A DNA stretch of 64,000 nt from the IMG/VR virus record IMGVR_UViG_3300043470_000815, one strand, 5' to 3'. Positions 48,454 to 58,289 of the stretch are shown one piece after another. The notes beneath the pieces were generated by a model, which was not told the DNA's origin, searched no databases, and saw nothing but the letters and a program-made list of their open reading frames with translations. A program made the position numbers and the translations under genes. This stretch comes from a virus. Positions within the stretch are counted from its first letter, which is position 1, and every line of letters starts with the position of its first letter.

Positions 48454-49044
48454 TTATTTAAAAATAGTCAACTTGTAAATATCTTCAAAATATGAATAAT
48501 CAATATTGAAAGGTATTTTACTATTTGACAATACATTTATAAATAGTTCATTAAAAGGGAAATCATTTAACGTTTCGTCGTCTGATTTACAATTTAGAAT
48601 AAAAATGCAACATTCCGTGCATTCATTGTACATTTTATTGAAAAATAAATTGAACGCATCCCATTTATCAGGTGCATTTATAGAATTTAACGTACCAATT
48701 AATAACGCAATATCTACACTGTGTGATAATTCTACGTTTAAATAATCGGCATTAAATAATGTAAATCTATCATATTTTCCACCAGCCGCTTTACAAAGAA
48801 TTTCGTTAATTTCAAACCCAATATATTCTTTGCAGTTATCAACGTGTCTAAAAATATCACCACGTCCAGCACCAACATCTAAAATAGTTTTATTATTCGT
48901 ATTGACTTCCGATAACGCCCAACCATAAATTTGATCTTGCATTTCGACATCGGGATAACCAACCATTTCAGGATCGGTTTTGATGTAATCGGGTATTTCT
49001 ACTTGTTCAACGGTCTTAGTTTTTAGTAAATCTTCTAAATTCAT
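48454..49044 (-). CDS. class I SAM-dependent methyltransferase
   Basis: ILDVGAGRG, YIGFEI, GTLN. Confidence 0.85.
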   Translation of the reverse strand: MNLEDLLKTKTVEQVEIPDYIKTDPEMVGYPDVEMQDQIYGWALSEVNTNNKTILDVGAGRGDIFRHVDNCKEYIGFEINEILCKAAGGKYDRFTLFNADYLNVELSHSVDIALLIGTLNSINAPDKWDAFNLFFNKMYNECTECCIFILNCKSDDETLNDFPFNELFINVLSNSKIPFNIDYSYFEDIYKLTIFK

Positions 49045-49392
49045 ACTTCGTCGAATGAGGTTGGTGGAAAATATACCTTTTCATCTTGTGAAAAGTCGTA
49101 ATTATCAGGATTAATTCGTGCTTCCAATTTTGAACCCGAATTTAACGGTGTCAATTTTGTCAATGATACGTGAATAATATTTTCGGGTTGGTCGGTGATA
49201 TTTTCAAACCAAACCCCCCGTTCACTTAATACGTCGTAATAAGTTATTCCTTTCTTAGTTTGTACTTTTTTACAAACACCTACTTCTTTTTTACCATTAT
49301 TGCTCACAATAACAGTTTCACCACTTTTTATTTTTTTTCTTTTCATGTATAAATTTTTAATCAAATTTTTAATTTGATCTTTTTGATTTTAT

Positions 49393-50298
49393 CTATAAAC
49401 TTTTAATTAAATCTATCAGTTCGTCTTGTGGAAATAAATCCCATTTTTCAAAATTACCCCATTTATTTTTTGGAGATACGTTTGTATGTGTAAAAAGTCC
49501 ATCCGCCGACCTAACAATGTTAGCGTCATAATCGAAAGCCATCCACACATCTTTAAAATTTTTAATTCGTTTTTGCAGTCCTAACGTTATGTCGATCCCA
49601 GTTTCTTTACCAATCGTTTTAATCAAAAATTTCATTGATTTTAGTTGCGAATCCGAATATTTAATCCAATATTCGTAGCCACGAAATGGTTTAGATAATT
49701 TTATAACATTTTCAGAATTTACCAATGTTCCGTTTGGGTTGGAAGGTGTTGTGTAAGTCCTAAAACCGCCCTTACTGTCCTTTGTAACCCACCCAAAATG
49801 ACACAATTCAATTCCAACCGATGTTCGGTGTACCGCGTTATTTCCAATGCCTAAATGCCACGCATAAGACTGTTTGGGAGGCATACATTCTAAAATTTCA
49901 CCATCAAATTTTCTGTCTAAATTGACAGGATTTACACCACCGATTAGGTAGGCAGTCCCAATTTTACCTCGTTGGTCACGTTCCCAATCGTTAACGACGT
50001 TGTACGGATTATGCCAACCAGCCGTGTGATGTAAAAATATTGACCGCTTACGTTCATTAGTGACAAAATATTCATCGGGTTTTAAACGATATTGCTTAAT
50101 GGTCGGGACTGATTTTATATCCGTATCCAATAACCCATCATTTAATTTGTCAATGGTTTTAATTATTTCATCATTTATTTGTCCAGTTGGAAATATCCCA
50201 TTTTTAATTTCAAAATTGCGAATAGCAGCGGTTGTAAATTCGTCGTATTCGTTGGTTATCGGAATATTTAAATAGGATTGTATGTCTGAAAGATTCAT
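49393..50298 (-). CDS. N-acetylmuramoyl-L-alanine amidase with N-terminal peptidoglycan-binding domain
   Basis: IQSYL..TTAAIRNFE..PTG PG-binding repeat; IFLHHTAG, YAWHLG, SVGIELC, FTHTNV..KWD. Confidence 0.88.
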   Translation of the reverse strand: MNLSDIQSYLNIPITNEYDEFTTAAIRNFEIKNGIFPTGQINDEIIKTIDKLNDGLLDTDIKSVPTIKQYRLKPDEYFVTNERKRSIFLHHTAGWHNPYNVVNDWERDQRGKIGTAYLIGGVNPVNLDRKFDGEILECMPPKQSYAWHLGIGNNAVHRTSVGIELCHFGWVTKDSKGGFRTYTTPSNPNGTLVNSENVIKLSKPFRGYEYWIKYSDSQLKSMKFLIKTIGKETGIDITLGLQKRIKNFKDVWMAFDYDANIVRSADGLFTHTNVSPKNKWGNFEKWDLFPQDELIDLIKSL

Positions 50299-50341
50299 TT
50301 CGATTGTTAATTTGATTAAAAAAATGGTTGGGTGGGTAATT

Positions 50342-50839
50342 TTATCCCAAAGAAATTAAAGTTGCACCTGAAAATGGTGTAATTACGCCCGGTACGACAC
50401 TGCTTGTATAAGTCCCAACCAAAGTCATAATATGCGTTCTAAACGACATTATTAATGCGTTCAACATTATACTAAAGTTAGTATTTTGAACAACTGGTAC
50501 ACCCACCCAAACACCCGGACTTAAAACATTTACAATTCCCAACGGCCCTGTTATGATTATTCCTGTCCAGTATGATATTATATGTACACCAATTTGTTGT
50601 GTGAATTGTACTGGATCATGTGTCGCTGAATTTGCTTTACAAACTGCCAAAATACCCTGATATAATATAGGTAATTTCGGTGCATTGTTGATAATCTTAC
50701 CACCACCCGTCATTGTTTCAAAATGAAGTGTAACGGCTTGATGATACGCATCAGCAATTGTCCAAGCAAACTGTTCGGTTGTCGTGTGTGGATTTCCCGT
50801 CAACACCATACACTTTGAATTGAATAATGTCCATGACAT
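50342..50839 (-). CDS. hypothetical protein, possibly virion-associated
   Basis: 165 aa; similar proteins recalled near baseplate genes of large phages. Confidence 0.6.
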   Translation of the reverse strand: MSWTLFNSKCMVLTGNPHTTTEQFAWTIADAYHQAVTLHFETMTGGGKIINNAPKLPILYQGILAVCKANSATHDPVQFTQQIGVHIISYWTGIIITGPLGIVNVLSPGVWVGVPVVQNTNFSIMLNALIMSFRTHIMTLVGTYTSSVVPGVITPFSGATLISLG

Positions 50840-50842
50840 TTA

Positions 50843-51493
50843 TTAAAATGCGTTTGCGATTTCGGGATATGACTGGTTCAAAACAATATCTCGCGATAAT
50901 GTTTCGTTCTTTTTCGTTTCATTAAAAATACAAACGGATGATGTTAGTTTACAATTCTCAACGTTTGAATTTCCCAATATTCGAGCGGTATCATGTAACG
51001 TAGAATTACTAACAATTGCAGAATCGCCAATCATTGCACCATGATATAATTTTGTATTAGATACATGCGTATTACCATTAATAATACAACTATTATTAAG
51101 ATTGCAAAATTCTATTACAGCATTTCCATAAGCATCGGTATTTCCCGAAAATTGGGAATCTTTAGCACGTACATTATCAAAAATACGTGTATAGTCTTTA
51201 ACCATACAATTATTTAATTTGACTTCACCAAACACAGCCGCACGTTGCATTACAATTGTATCCGTCAAAGTGGCATTATCAAATATCATACCATCATGGA
51301 ACACCCACGAATCATCATCATGTCGTAGATTTTCTTCACTTTGAATATAGCCGCCAATGTCACCTTCATTGATACGAATAATGCCTCTAGTCCATGTTTT
51401 CAGTGCTATAATCCGAAATAATTTGCAGGGTAATTTCGTCTTCGGATGTGTTATCATCTTGGTATCCGCCGTCAGTAATTGGTATTTCTTCAT
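50843..51493 (-). CDS. left-handed beta-helix (hexapeptide repeat) protein
   Basis: LFRIIAL..GDIGGYIQSEENL..SWVF followed by hexapeptide-like repeats. Confidence 0.8.
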   Translation of the reverse strand: MKKYQLLTADTKMITHPKTKLPCKLFRIIALKTWTRGIIRINEGDIGGYIQSEENLRHDDDSWVFHDGMIFDNATLTDTIVMQRAAVFGEVKLNNCMVKDYTRIFDNVRAKDSQFSGNTDAYGNAVIEFCNLNNSCIINGNTHVSNTKLYHGAMIGDSAIVSNSTLHDTARILGNSNVENCKLTSSVCIFNETKKNETLSRDIVLNQSYPEIANAF

Positions 51494-51981
51494 AGTTTTC
51501 CAGTTTTATTTTTGGTATTTTTTGGTTTGTTATTACATTTAGTGTAAATTCATCAGTTTCAATGAAATTTACGTCATATTCATCAACTTCTTCATCACCT
51601 AACATTTCGACTGCCTTAACTTTGGCATCATACAGGCTTTTTGCATTTGGGACAGATACACACCGCCCATCAATAAACATTACGTTCATATAATTAGTTT
51701 TTATTTTCTATTTTATAACGATTATTCAATTCTTCTTCATTTTTGGAATATTACACATTGTTATCAGGCAAATTAGTACTCCTATTATCGGATATATAAT
51801 GCTTGTTTCTTGCTTTTTCATTTTTAATGTTCGATGTTTGATAATTTAAATATTCCGCCATTTCAATAGCAGATGTAAATTGTCTTGATAAATCGTCTAA
51901 CGCATCCAGTACTAATGAATAGTGGTTGGGTGGATTATCTTGTTTAAAACGATTGAAAAAATATTTATCTATTGTCATTTT

Positions 51982-52320
51982 TTAAATTAATAATAATTTA
52001 TTGGTTAGTAATGATGAATTTTGATTAATGACATTGTGTTGGAATGGTTCGTATAGTTTCCAATCCACCGCTGAATATTCTAAAATACAAAAACCATAAT
52101 TTTGTAATTCAATAATATCTTCACGTGTAAACCATTGGTACAAATGTTCCAACGAATCTGCTACTGATAACCACCCAACCAAATCAGTATCAAACGGCAT
52201 TTCAAGGCTGGAATTTGTTAAAAATTTGTATTCAGTATGAATTAATCCAGTAAAATTACCATCTTTATCATACCAAAGACCTACCCCGTTTGGGTTTCCT
52301 ATTCGATAAAATAATTTCAT
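51982..52320 (-). CDS. hypothetical protein
   Basis: FYRI..GLWYDKDGNFTG..WF conserved-looking phage protein. Confidence 0.65.
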   Translation of the reverse strand: MKLFYRIGNPNGVGLWYDKDGNFTGLIHTEYKFLTNSSLEMPFDTDLVGWLSVADSLEHLYQWFTREDIIELQNYGFCILEYSAVDWKLYEPFQHNVINQNSSLLTNKLLLI

Positions 52321-52685
52321 TTATTTAATTCAAAGAATTTAATTAAAGGTTCAAAGAAATTTCCCCAATAATAGATTAAAAATATAACGATTAAACCTAT
52401 ATATGTGGATTGTTTCATAACGGTTGGGTACGGGTTGGGAGGTGTATTTGCTACTACATATCCACCCAACACTGTTAAACAAATATGAATAACTTGTGGA
52501 ATACCAATGTGGTTAAAAAATCCACCCAACCATAATAATCCATTGGTTAATATAACTTTGGATATTATTTTATACCAATTAATTTTAGTGGATACAAATT
52601 GTCCATCCATAAAAATTTCATATATTAACTGTATGAATAATCCACTTAGGATTAGAATTTGCGGCAAAATTAGAATATAATTCAT
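52317..52685 (-). CDS. multi-pass membrane protein
   Basis: about four hydrophobic segments. Confidence 0.65.
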   Translation of the reverse strand: MNYILILPQILILSGLFIQLIYEIFMDGQFVSTKINWYKIISKVILTNGLLWLGGFFNHIGIPQVIHICLTVLGGYVVANTPPNPYPTVMKQSTYIGLIVIFLIYYWGNFFEPLIKFFELNK

Positions 52686-53101
52686 GTCAATTTACGTTGT
52701 AATATACGTTTAACTAAGCAATTAGGAATAACTTGAGGGTTATCCCTTTTAAATTTTTCATACGGAATTTTAAAATAATCAGACAGAACTTCACCAACCG
52801 CCCCCGATCTACTAATTCCCATCAAACAGTGAATGACGAATAAATTTTTATTTTCATTATTATGAACAAAGTTAACAATTTCATCGGCCATTTGTTCATC
52901 AAAAAGTATAAATTTATCCTGAATTTGTTCTTCTGTATCATCAAACGATAAATTAAGTACGTTTGAAGCGGAATCTAGGATGGTTGGATGTTCAATATCA
53001 CGTATTGAAATAAATGCTGTTTGTGAAATTTGGTTGGGAGTTAGTGACTTAATAAACTGTCCAAACTTCCAACGTGACAGAACTATAATTTTTTTAGTCA
53101 A
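52682..53101 (-). CDS. protein-tyrosine/dual-specificity phosphatase-like protein
   Basis: FDD and IHCLMGISRSGAV CX5R motif. Confidence 0.85.
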   Translation of the reverse strand: MTKKIIVLSRWKFGQFIKSLTPNQISQTAFISIRDIEHPTILDSASNVLNLSFDDTEEQIQDKFILFDEQMADEIVNFVHNNENKNLFVIHCLMGISRSGAVGEVLSDYFKIPYEKFKRDNPQVIPNCLVKRILQRKLT

Positions 53102-53144
53102 AATACAAATACGGTTGACCTAAACACCGTAAGGTTATTTAAAA

Positions 53145-53921
53145 TTAATTCATATATTGATACGCCAACTCATACATTCCTACATTAATATCCAAATTAT
53201 TTTGGACATTTGTAATTTTACGGGAAGTACGTTTACTATTTTCAAGTTTAATTCCACCATTGATAAGTTTTTCTTGAATACGATTCATCACAACCCATAA
53301 ATTTTCACCTTCGTCGTCCTTACGAGCCGTCATTAGTAACTTTTCAGCATCTTCGTCTGTAATTTGAACATTCCACCTAAGTTGTGCGGCTTGCATTGCA
53401 AATTCAATCATTTGATCGTCGGATAAAACAATTTTTTGCATTTCTCGTTGAATTTGAACCGCTGATTGCAGTTGTTTTTTAAATCCAAGTATAATGTCAA
53501 ACGCGACCTGTTCAGGTGTGCCATTGTGACGAATTTTAATTGATCCAACCGCACCGTCTTTTGCTGGAATTATTAACCCATTTGAACATACCAAACGGAA
53601 TACACCGACATAACATTCTAATTGCGACGAACCATCGTAACTGTTTTTCAGGACAATTTCGGGATAAACCGTATCACCATTTAAGGTGTATGATTTAATT
53701 GTTTGAATGCGAACAAGATGTTTACCACGACCTTCCAAATTTTGAGTTTTACGACCCTTTTTCGTTTCGATTGAACGAATTTTAAATATATCATTACCGT
53801 TACTGTCTTTTTCTGAAAGGATACTGTTTACAACTTTGCGTGTATCCATAACCACATATCTTTTAGACATTTGACGGCTTGTTTGGTTGGCTGGATTTAA
53901 TGTTTCTAATGTTACTGACAT
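53145..53921 (-). CDS. DUF932/DUF945 family protein
   Basis: NSYDGSS..GVFRLVCSNGLI..IRH..NLWVVMNRIQE. Confidence 0.85.
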   Translation of the reverse strand: MSVTLETLNPANQTSRQMSKRYVVMDTRKVVNSILSEKDSNGNDIFKIRSIETKKGRKTQNLEGRGKHLVRIQTIKSYTLNGDTVYPEIVLKNSYDGSSQLECYVGVFRLVCSNGLIIPAKDGAVGSIKIRHNGTPEQVAFDIILGFKKQLQSAVQIQREMQKIVLSDDQMIEFAMQAAQLRWNVQITDEDAEKLLMTARKDDEGENLWVVMNRIQEKLINGGIKLENSKRTSRKITNVQNNLDINVGMYELAYQYMN

Positions 53922-53951
53922 AAATTTTAAGTTTAAGTTTTAAATATGCCA

Positions 53952-54002
53952 CAAAGATACACCCAATCAACCTACCCTACAATACCATTAACTAACTGTT
54001 AA
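53952..54002 (-). promoter_or_regulatory. Bacteroidota sigma70-type promoter
   Basis: GTTAACAGTTAGTTAATGGTATTG-N~20-TATCTTTG. Confidence 0.8.
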
Positions 54003-54356
54003 CAATTTAAGATATTCATCCAATGTTAATTCACTAATTTCATTATTATATTCATCATACATGTAAAATTCATCAAATGGACATGTTTCACCATCATCGG
54101 CTGGTAAATTACCAATAACACCATTCATAGTAAGACCACGAAATAATGACCAACCACTGTTAAATTTATCACCGAATTTATATTCTGAATACGATCCACC
54201 AGCATATTCATTTTTACATACACACCCTTCAACAAACCATTCATCTTTTTTTGAAACAAATTTACATTTACTTACAATATCTTGACATATTTTATTATAA
54301 TTTTCATTCATATAATTTTTATTCAAACGTAACTTGTTTAACAATTTCCCATTCAT
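53988..54356 (-). CDS. hypothetical protein
   Basis: 122-aa ORF. Confidence 0.65.
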   Translation of the reverse strand: MNGKLLNKLRLNKNYMNENYNKICQDIVSKCKFVSKKDEWFVEGCVCKNEYAGGSYSEYKFGDKFNSGWSLFRGLTMNGVIGNLPADDGETCPFDEFYMYDEYNNEISELTLDEYLKLLTVS

Positions 54357-54702
54357 TTAGTTTCATTTGATATTCGCTAAATAATACACCTTTAATAACA
54401 TCATTATAATAAGACACAACCAACCTATGCTTAATATCATTTTTTGCAAATTCATAAACCTTCATTGAAGGATATTCTTTACATTTTTTTGGCATGGTTG
54501 GTAAATGATATTCCATGTTTTCCGATGTCCAAACTATTTGACAATTATTTTCAGTTTGATTTAATCGTAAATTGGTGATTTTTGATGTGTATGTCAATTT
54601 ACGCTGATCGGGTGTAATAATGTGTACCGTTCGGGTAAACTCCTGTGCTTGTACTAATGTTGTTATGGTTAAAAACACCAATAATGCTTTAAATTTTATC
54701 AT
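54319..54702 (-). CDS. secreted hypothetical protein
   Basis: signal peptide ending VQA-Q. Confidence 0.65.
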   Translation of the reverse strand: MIKFKALLVFLTITTLVQAQEFTRTVHIITPDQRKLTYTSKITNLRLNQTENNCQIVWTSENMEYHLPTMPKKCKEYPSMKVYEFAKNDIKHRLVVSYYNDVIKGVLFSEYQMKLNEWEIVKQVTFE

Positions 54703-54913
54703 TTTTTAATAAAGTTTATATCGTTTGTATTTTTCATAAAATTCGGTTGTACCAATTTCTTGTAATTCGGTTACATAATCCCAAACATCATCTAAAAATT
54801 CGGAATATCCATTCATATAATCACAATAACTTAATGTTTCGTAATCATAACCTTTATAGGCTGCCCATGTTGCAACCCAAATAATACGTTCTTCGCTCAT
54901 ATTTTTTTTAAAA

Positions 54914-55969
54914 TTATTTTAACGTTTTAAATTCGACTTGATTAAACAAATTGTTTAAATTAAATTTTGATTTATCTTCTAATTCTTTCCACCAGTTTCC
55001 TTTTCGTTCATCACAAAACCCGTTTGGATTATTTTCATTTAAAATTCCCGTCCGTTTGTTCGGGTGACGACGGTTGTGAACATGTAGAACATTTTTGAAA
55101 TTATATTGAACAAAATTATCACCTAAAAGTTTTTTAGCAATAATTCCAATGGATGTATCTTCACCCGCCAAAAGTAGTGAATGTGGAATATTAACGCCCG
55201 ATTTAATCAATTCACTGCTAAAACAAACACAACTACCATCAAATCTAGGTTCTGTAAAAGTATCAACAACAACTTCGTCAATAGAAATATTATTAATTTC
55301 GTTCATTCGTTCCAAAGACATATAAGATTTTCCACTCGCTTCGTCGGTTAGTTCGTCGGTAATAATGGATTTTTCAAACATTGGATGAACTGGAGCAAAT
55401 GAATTGTCCCATAATTTTCGGTCTGAAAAGTTGACAATGTATTTTGGTGTTGTATCCTTGACCCGTTCGTGTAACGCTTCTAAAAGATGTAATGTTTGTT
55501 TCGACCATAAAGAATCACATTCACTCCAGCAAATTAAGTCAACTTCTTTGCAATATTTATAGTTTAAGTCACGTCTTGCGTCTGCTATGTTATAAAATTT
55601 ACTATTTGATGTTTTACAATTACCAGTTACATATCCAACCCCAATCTGATTAAATGTACGAATTGCGATATTTTGTAATTCGCGAATAGAATCATTAAAT
55701 ATTTTACGTTTAAATATATCCGATTCTAACGTTTCTTTGTCAATATTAGTATGATTGTATTTCAGGTGGGTGGGATATTTATCCCTAAAATAATCCCAAT
55801 CAACCTTTTCGTAATGTTCCTGTGTTGAAAAACAAAAATCAAACGTTACATTTTCAGGATTTTCAATACCTTCTATCATTTGAACGCATGATTTTATATG
55901 TTCATCCAACATTTCCAATTCGTAAAATTGGCACAGCAAACCAAACACGTACTTATTTTTTAGTTTCAT
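54914..55969 (-). CDS. GT-A fold glycosyltransferase-like protein
   Basis: ARRDLN, WSECDS (DxD-like), GEDT, HVHNRRHP. Confidence 0.65.
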   Translation of the reverse strand: MKLKNKYVFGLLCQFYELEMLDEHIKSCVQMIEGIENPENVTFDFCFSTQEHYEKVDWDYFRDKYPTHLKYNHTNIDKETLESDIFKRKIFNDSIRELQNIAIRTFNQIGVGYVTGNCKTSNSKFYNIADARRDLNYKYCKEVDLICWSECDSLWSKQTLHLLEALHERVKDTTPKYIVNFSDRKLWDNSFAPVHPMFEKSIITDELTDEASGKSYMSLERMNEINNISIDEVVVDTFTEPRFDGSCVCFSSELIKSGVNIPHSLLLAGEDTSIGIIAKKLLGDNFVQYNFKNVLHVHNRRHPNKRTGILNENNPNGFCDERKGNWWKELEDKSKFNLNNLFNQVEFKTLK

Positions 55970-56031
55970 AAAATTTTATATTTTATTTTTTTAATTAAAT
56001 CTTGATTTAATCTTTTTAATAAATTTTTAAT

Positions 56032-56400
56032 TTATTCTTTACTTTCTAAATATTTAATATATTTTAATAATATCCATCCTAAAATAATAATTATCACGAC
56101 TGCAATCCAAACTAAACCTAAAAATATTATGACATTATTCTTAAATGATGTTTTAGGAATATTAATACAGATATAATCTTTTTCTTTATATGCAAAATAA
56201 ACTGAATTATCTGTTTGTACGGATACTATTTCATTAGTTTTTGTTAAAACATTTAAATAAAATATTGGACTTGTTCTAGTTGGATAATCGCGTTTAGATT
56301 GAATTATTCCGCAAACTTGGGTGGTTGGGCGGTCATATAAATATACATACGAGCAGTATGTTAAGAATAAACATAATACACTATAAATTATTTTTTTCAT
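56032..56400 (-). CDS. membrane protein
   Basis: hydrophobic N- and C-terminal helices. Confidence 0.6.
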   Translation of the reverse strand: MKKIIYSVLCLFLTYCSYVYLYDRPTTQVCGIIQSKRDYPTRTSPIFYLNVLTKTNEIVSVQTDNSVYFAYKEKDYICINIPKTSFKNNVIIFLGLVWIAVVIIIILGWILLKYIKYLESKE

Positions 56401-56438
56401 AAATTAAATCTTGATTTAATCTTTTTTTCTTTCATTTT

Positions 56439-56924
56439 TTAAATATTATCGAATTTATATAATTGATATTGATTTATAATTTGTATTAATTTCACATCAT
56501 AGTCTTTAGCCGATGCGTATTTTTTATTTTTCAAATTTCTTGCCCACCCAACAAAGTCTCCATTAGTCCAATATCTACCATTTAATAATTGAATATGTTT
56601 ATTAAAACAATCTTTGTCTGTTTTATAAACTAAATACCCAATTTTATTTCGATGACCAAAATGGTTATTATTTATTTTAGACAATGATGAAGTACCATTT
56701 CCCGATTCCAACAACGCTTGTGCAATTATTATGGAATTTGGAACGTTTGTTCGATTATTCAAAATATTTGGTATAACGGTTTTGTCTAAATATTCACATT
56801 GCTGAACAGTTAATCCAGTTCCATGTATTGTTTCGTGGGTTTGGATTGTCGGGATTGGTGGGGTTGGTTTATGATAACAATGAACTCCAAATAATAAAAC
56901 TACCAATTTAATATATACACTCAA
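56439..56924 (-). CDS. GH73 glucosaminidase (FlgJ-like)
   Basis: IIIAQALLESGNG..NNHFG..YASAKDYDVKLIQII..L.KFD. Confidence 0.88.
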   Translation of the reverse strand: MSVYIKLVVLLFGVHCYHKPTPPIPTIQTHETIHGTGLTVQQCEYLDKTVIPNILNNRTNVPNSIIIAQALLESGNGTSSLSKINNNHFGHRNKIGYLVYKTDKDCFNKHIQLLNGRYWTNGDFVGWARNLKNKKYASAKDYDVKLIQIINQYQLYKFDNI

Positions 56925-57156
56925 AATACCATGTGTTATCCGTAGAACATTTCAAAGTAAGATGTGATAAAAATTCAATTGGTAAATCTATATCATTTTG
57001 TTCTATGTTTTGGGGTGAAATTATTAACCATTTTACATCGGTGGAAAGGACTGACTGCGGATTTAACATTTCACACATTACAAACACAACTGGATTTGTA
57101 ACATCTGCATAACGTATAAATTCATCGGAAACCCATTGAGTTATCTTTTTCTTCAT
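56908..57156 (-). CDS. hypothetical protein, tandem paralog
   Basis: shares STDVKWLIISPQNIEQND and TWYFECIY with 57173-57418. Confidence 0.75.
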   Translation of the reverse strand: MKKKITQWVSDEFIRYADVTNPVVFVMCEMLNPQSVLSTDVKWLIISPQNIEQNDIDLPIEFLSHLTLKCSTDNTWYFECIY

Positions 57157-57172
57157 TTAATCAAAATTTAAT

Positions 57173-57418
57173 TTAATATATACACTCAAAATACCATGTT
57201 TTATCCATAGAACATTTTAATATAATATGTTTTAAACGATCAACCGGAATATCAGGATCATTTTGTTCTATGTTTTGGGGCGAAATTATTAACCATTTTA
57301 CATCAGTTGAAATTATTGCATACGCGTTTAATATTTCACACTGTACAAACGATATAGGGTGTTTTATATCGGCAGTTTTCATAAATACATCTGTAACCCA
57401 ATTTTGCGTTTTATTCAT
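57173..57418 (-). CDS. hypothetical protein, tandem paralog
   Basis: as above. Confidence 0.75.
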   Translation of the reverse strand: MNKTQNWVTDVFMKTADIKHPISFVQCEILNAYAIISTDVKWLIISPQNIEQNDPDIPVDRLKHIILKCSMDKTWYFECIY

Positions 57419-58018
57419 TTAATCAAAATTTAATTTACAAATTACACCTTCCCACCCAACCAATACTCGACCATTTTTGAAATCATAATTTGGTTCGTGA
57501 CCAATATATTTTACAATTTTAATTTTTCCCAAATCTACTAAATCGTCAATTGCTTTTCGGACATCGGGAATTAAACCATAATCGTCAAATACAAATACAA
57601 CGTCGTCTGTATGATTCATATACATTGCACGTGTAAAATCCGTAATAACATTGTCATACGAATGTCCAGCATCAATTAAAAATAAATCAATACAATCATT
57701 GGTAAATGGTGTTTGGACATCCGAATTATATAAATCAATCCCTACATAATTTATATTATCTAGGTTTTTATTTAATTCTTTTGCCTTTTCAAAATTGCCG
57801 GGGAGGTTACAAGTATGAACATAATCGAATATATTTGCCAAAATATTTGAAGTTTGCCCTTTATGCGTCCCCAACTCAACAGCCGTTGAATATGGAATAT
57901 CTTGTAAATATTCTACACAAAATTCCCATAAGTCACGTTTGAATTTATTAGACGTGGTGGTTGGGTTGGTATGTTTGTCTTCGTTTATATATTTTAATAA
58001 GTTGTCTATTATTATCAT
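57419..58018 (-). CDS. class I SAM-dependent methyltransferase (Methyltransf_24-like)
   Basis: VELGTHKG, LIDAGHSY, VFDDYG. Confidence 0.85.
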   Translation of the reverse strand: MIIIDNLLKYINEDKHTNPTTTSNKFKRDLWEFCVEYLQDIPYSTAVELGTHKGQTSNILANIFDYVHTCNLPGNFEKAKELNKNLDNINYVGIDLYNSDVQTPFTNDCIDLFLIDAGHSYDNVITDFTRAMYMNHTDDVVFVFDDYGLIPDVRKAIDDLVDLGKIKIVKYIGHEPNYDFKNGRVLVGWEGVICKLNFD

Positions 58019-58289
58019 TTTTTTTAAATTTTGGTTGGGAGGTTAATACGCTTCAATTTTAATTATACTTTTACCGTTGTCTTTATCGCCACTATTCCAT
58101 GTGCGAATTATTTTCCACCCAATCGGTTTTAAATTACGATTTACTTCACTGATATTATTATATGAATCAAAGCGTTTATCATCATCTATTTCAAATTTAT
58201 CTATCAGTATTGCATCACGAACAGCAGTCATAAATAAATTTAAAGCGTTATTGGAGTGGTAGGTTGTTTGTTCGGGTCTTGGTAAATTT

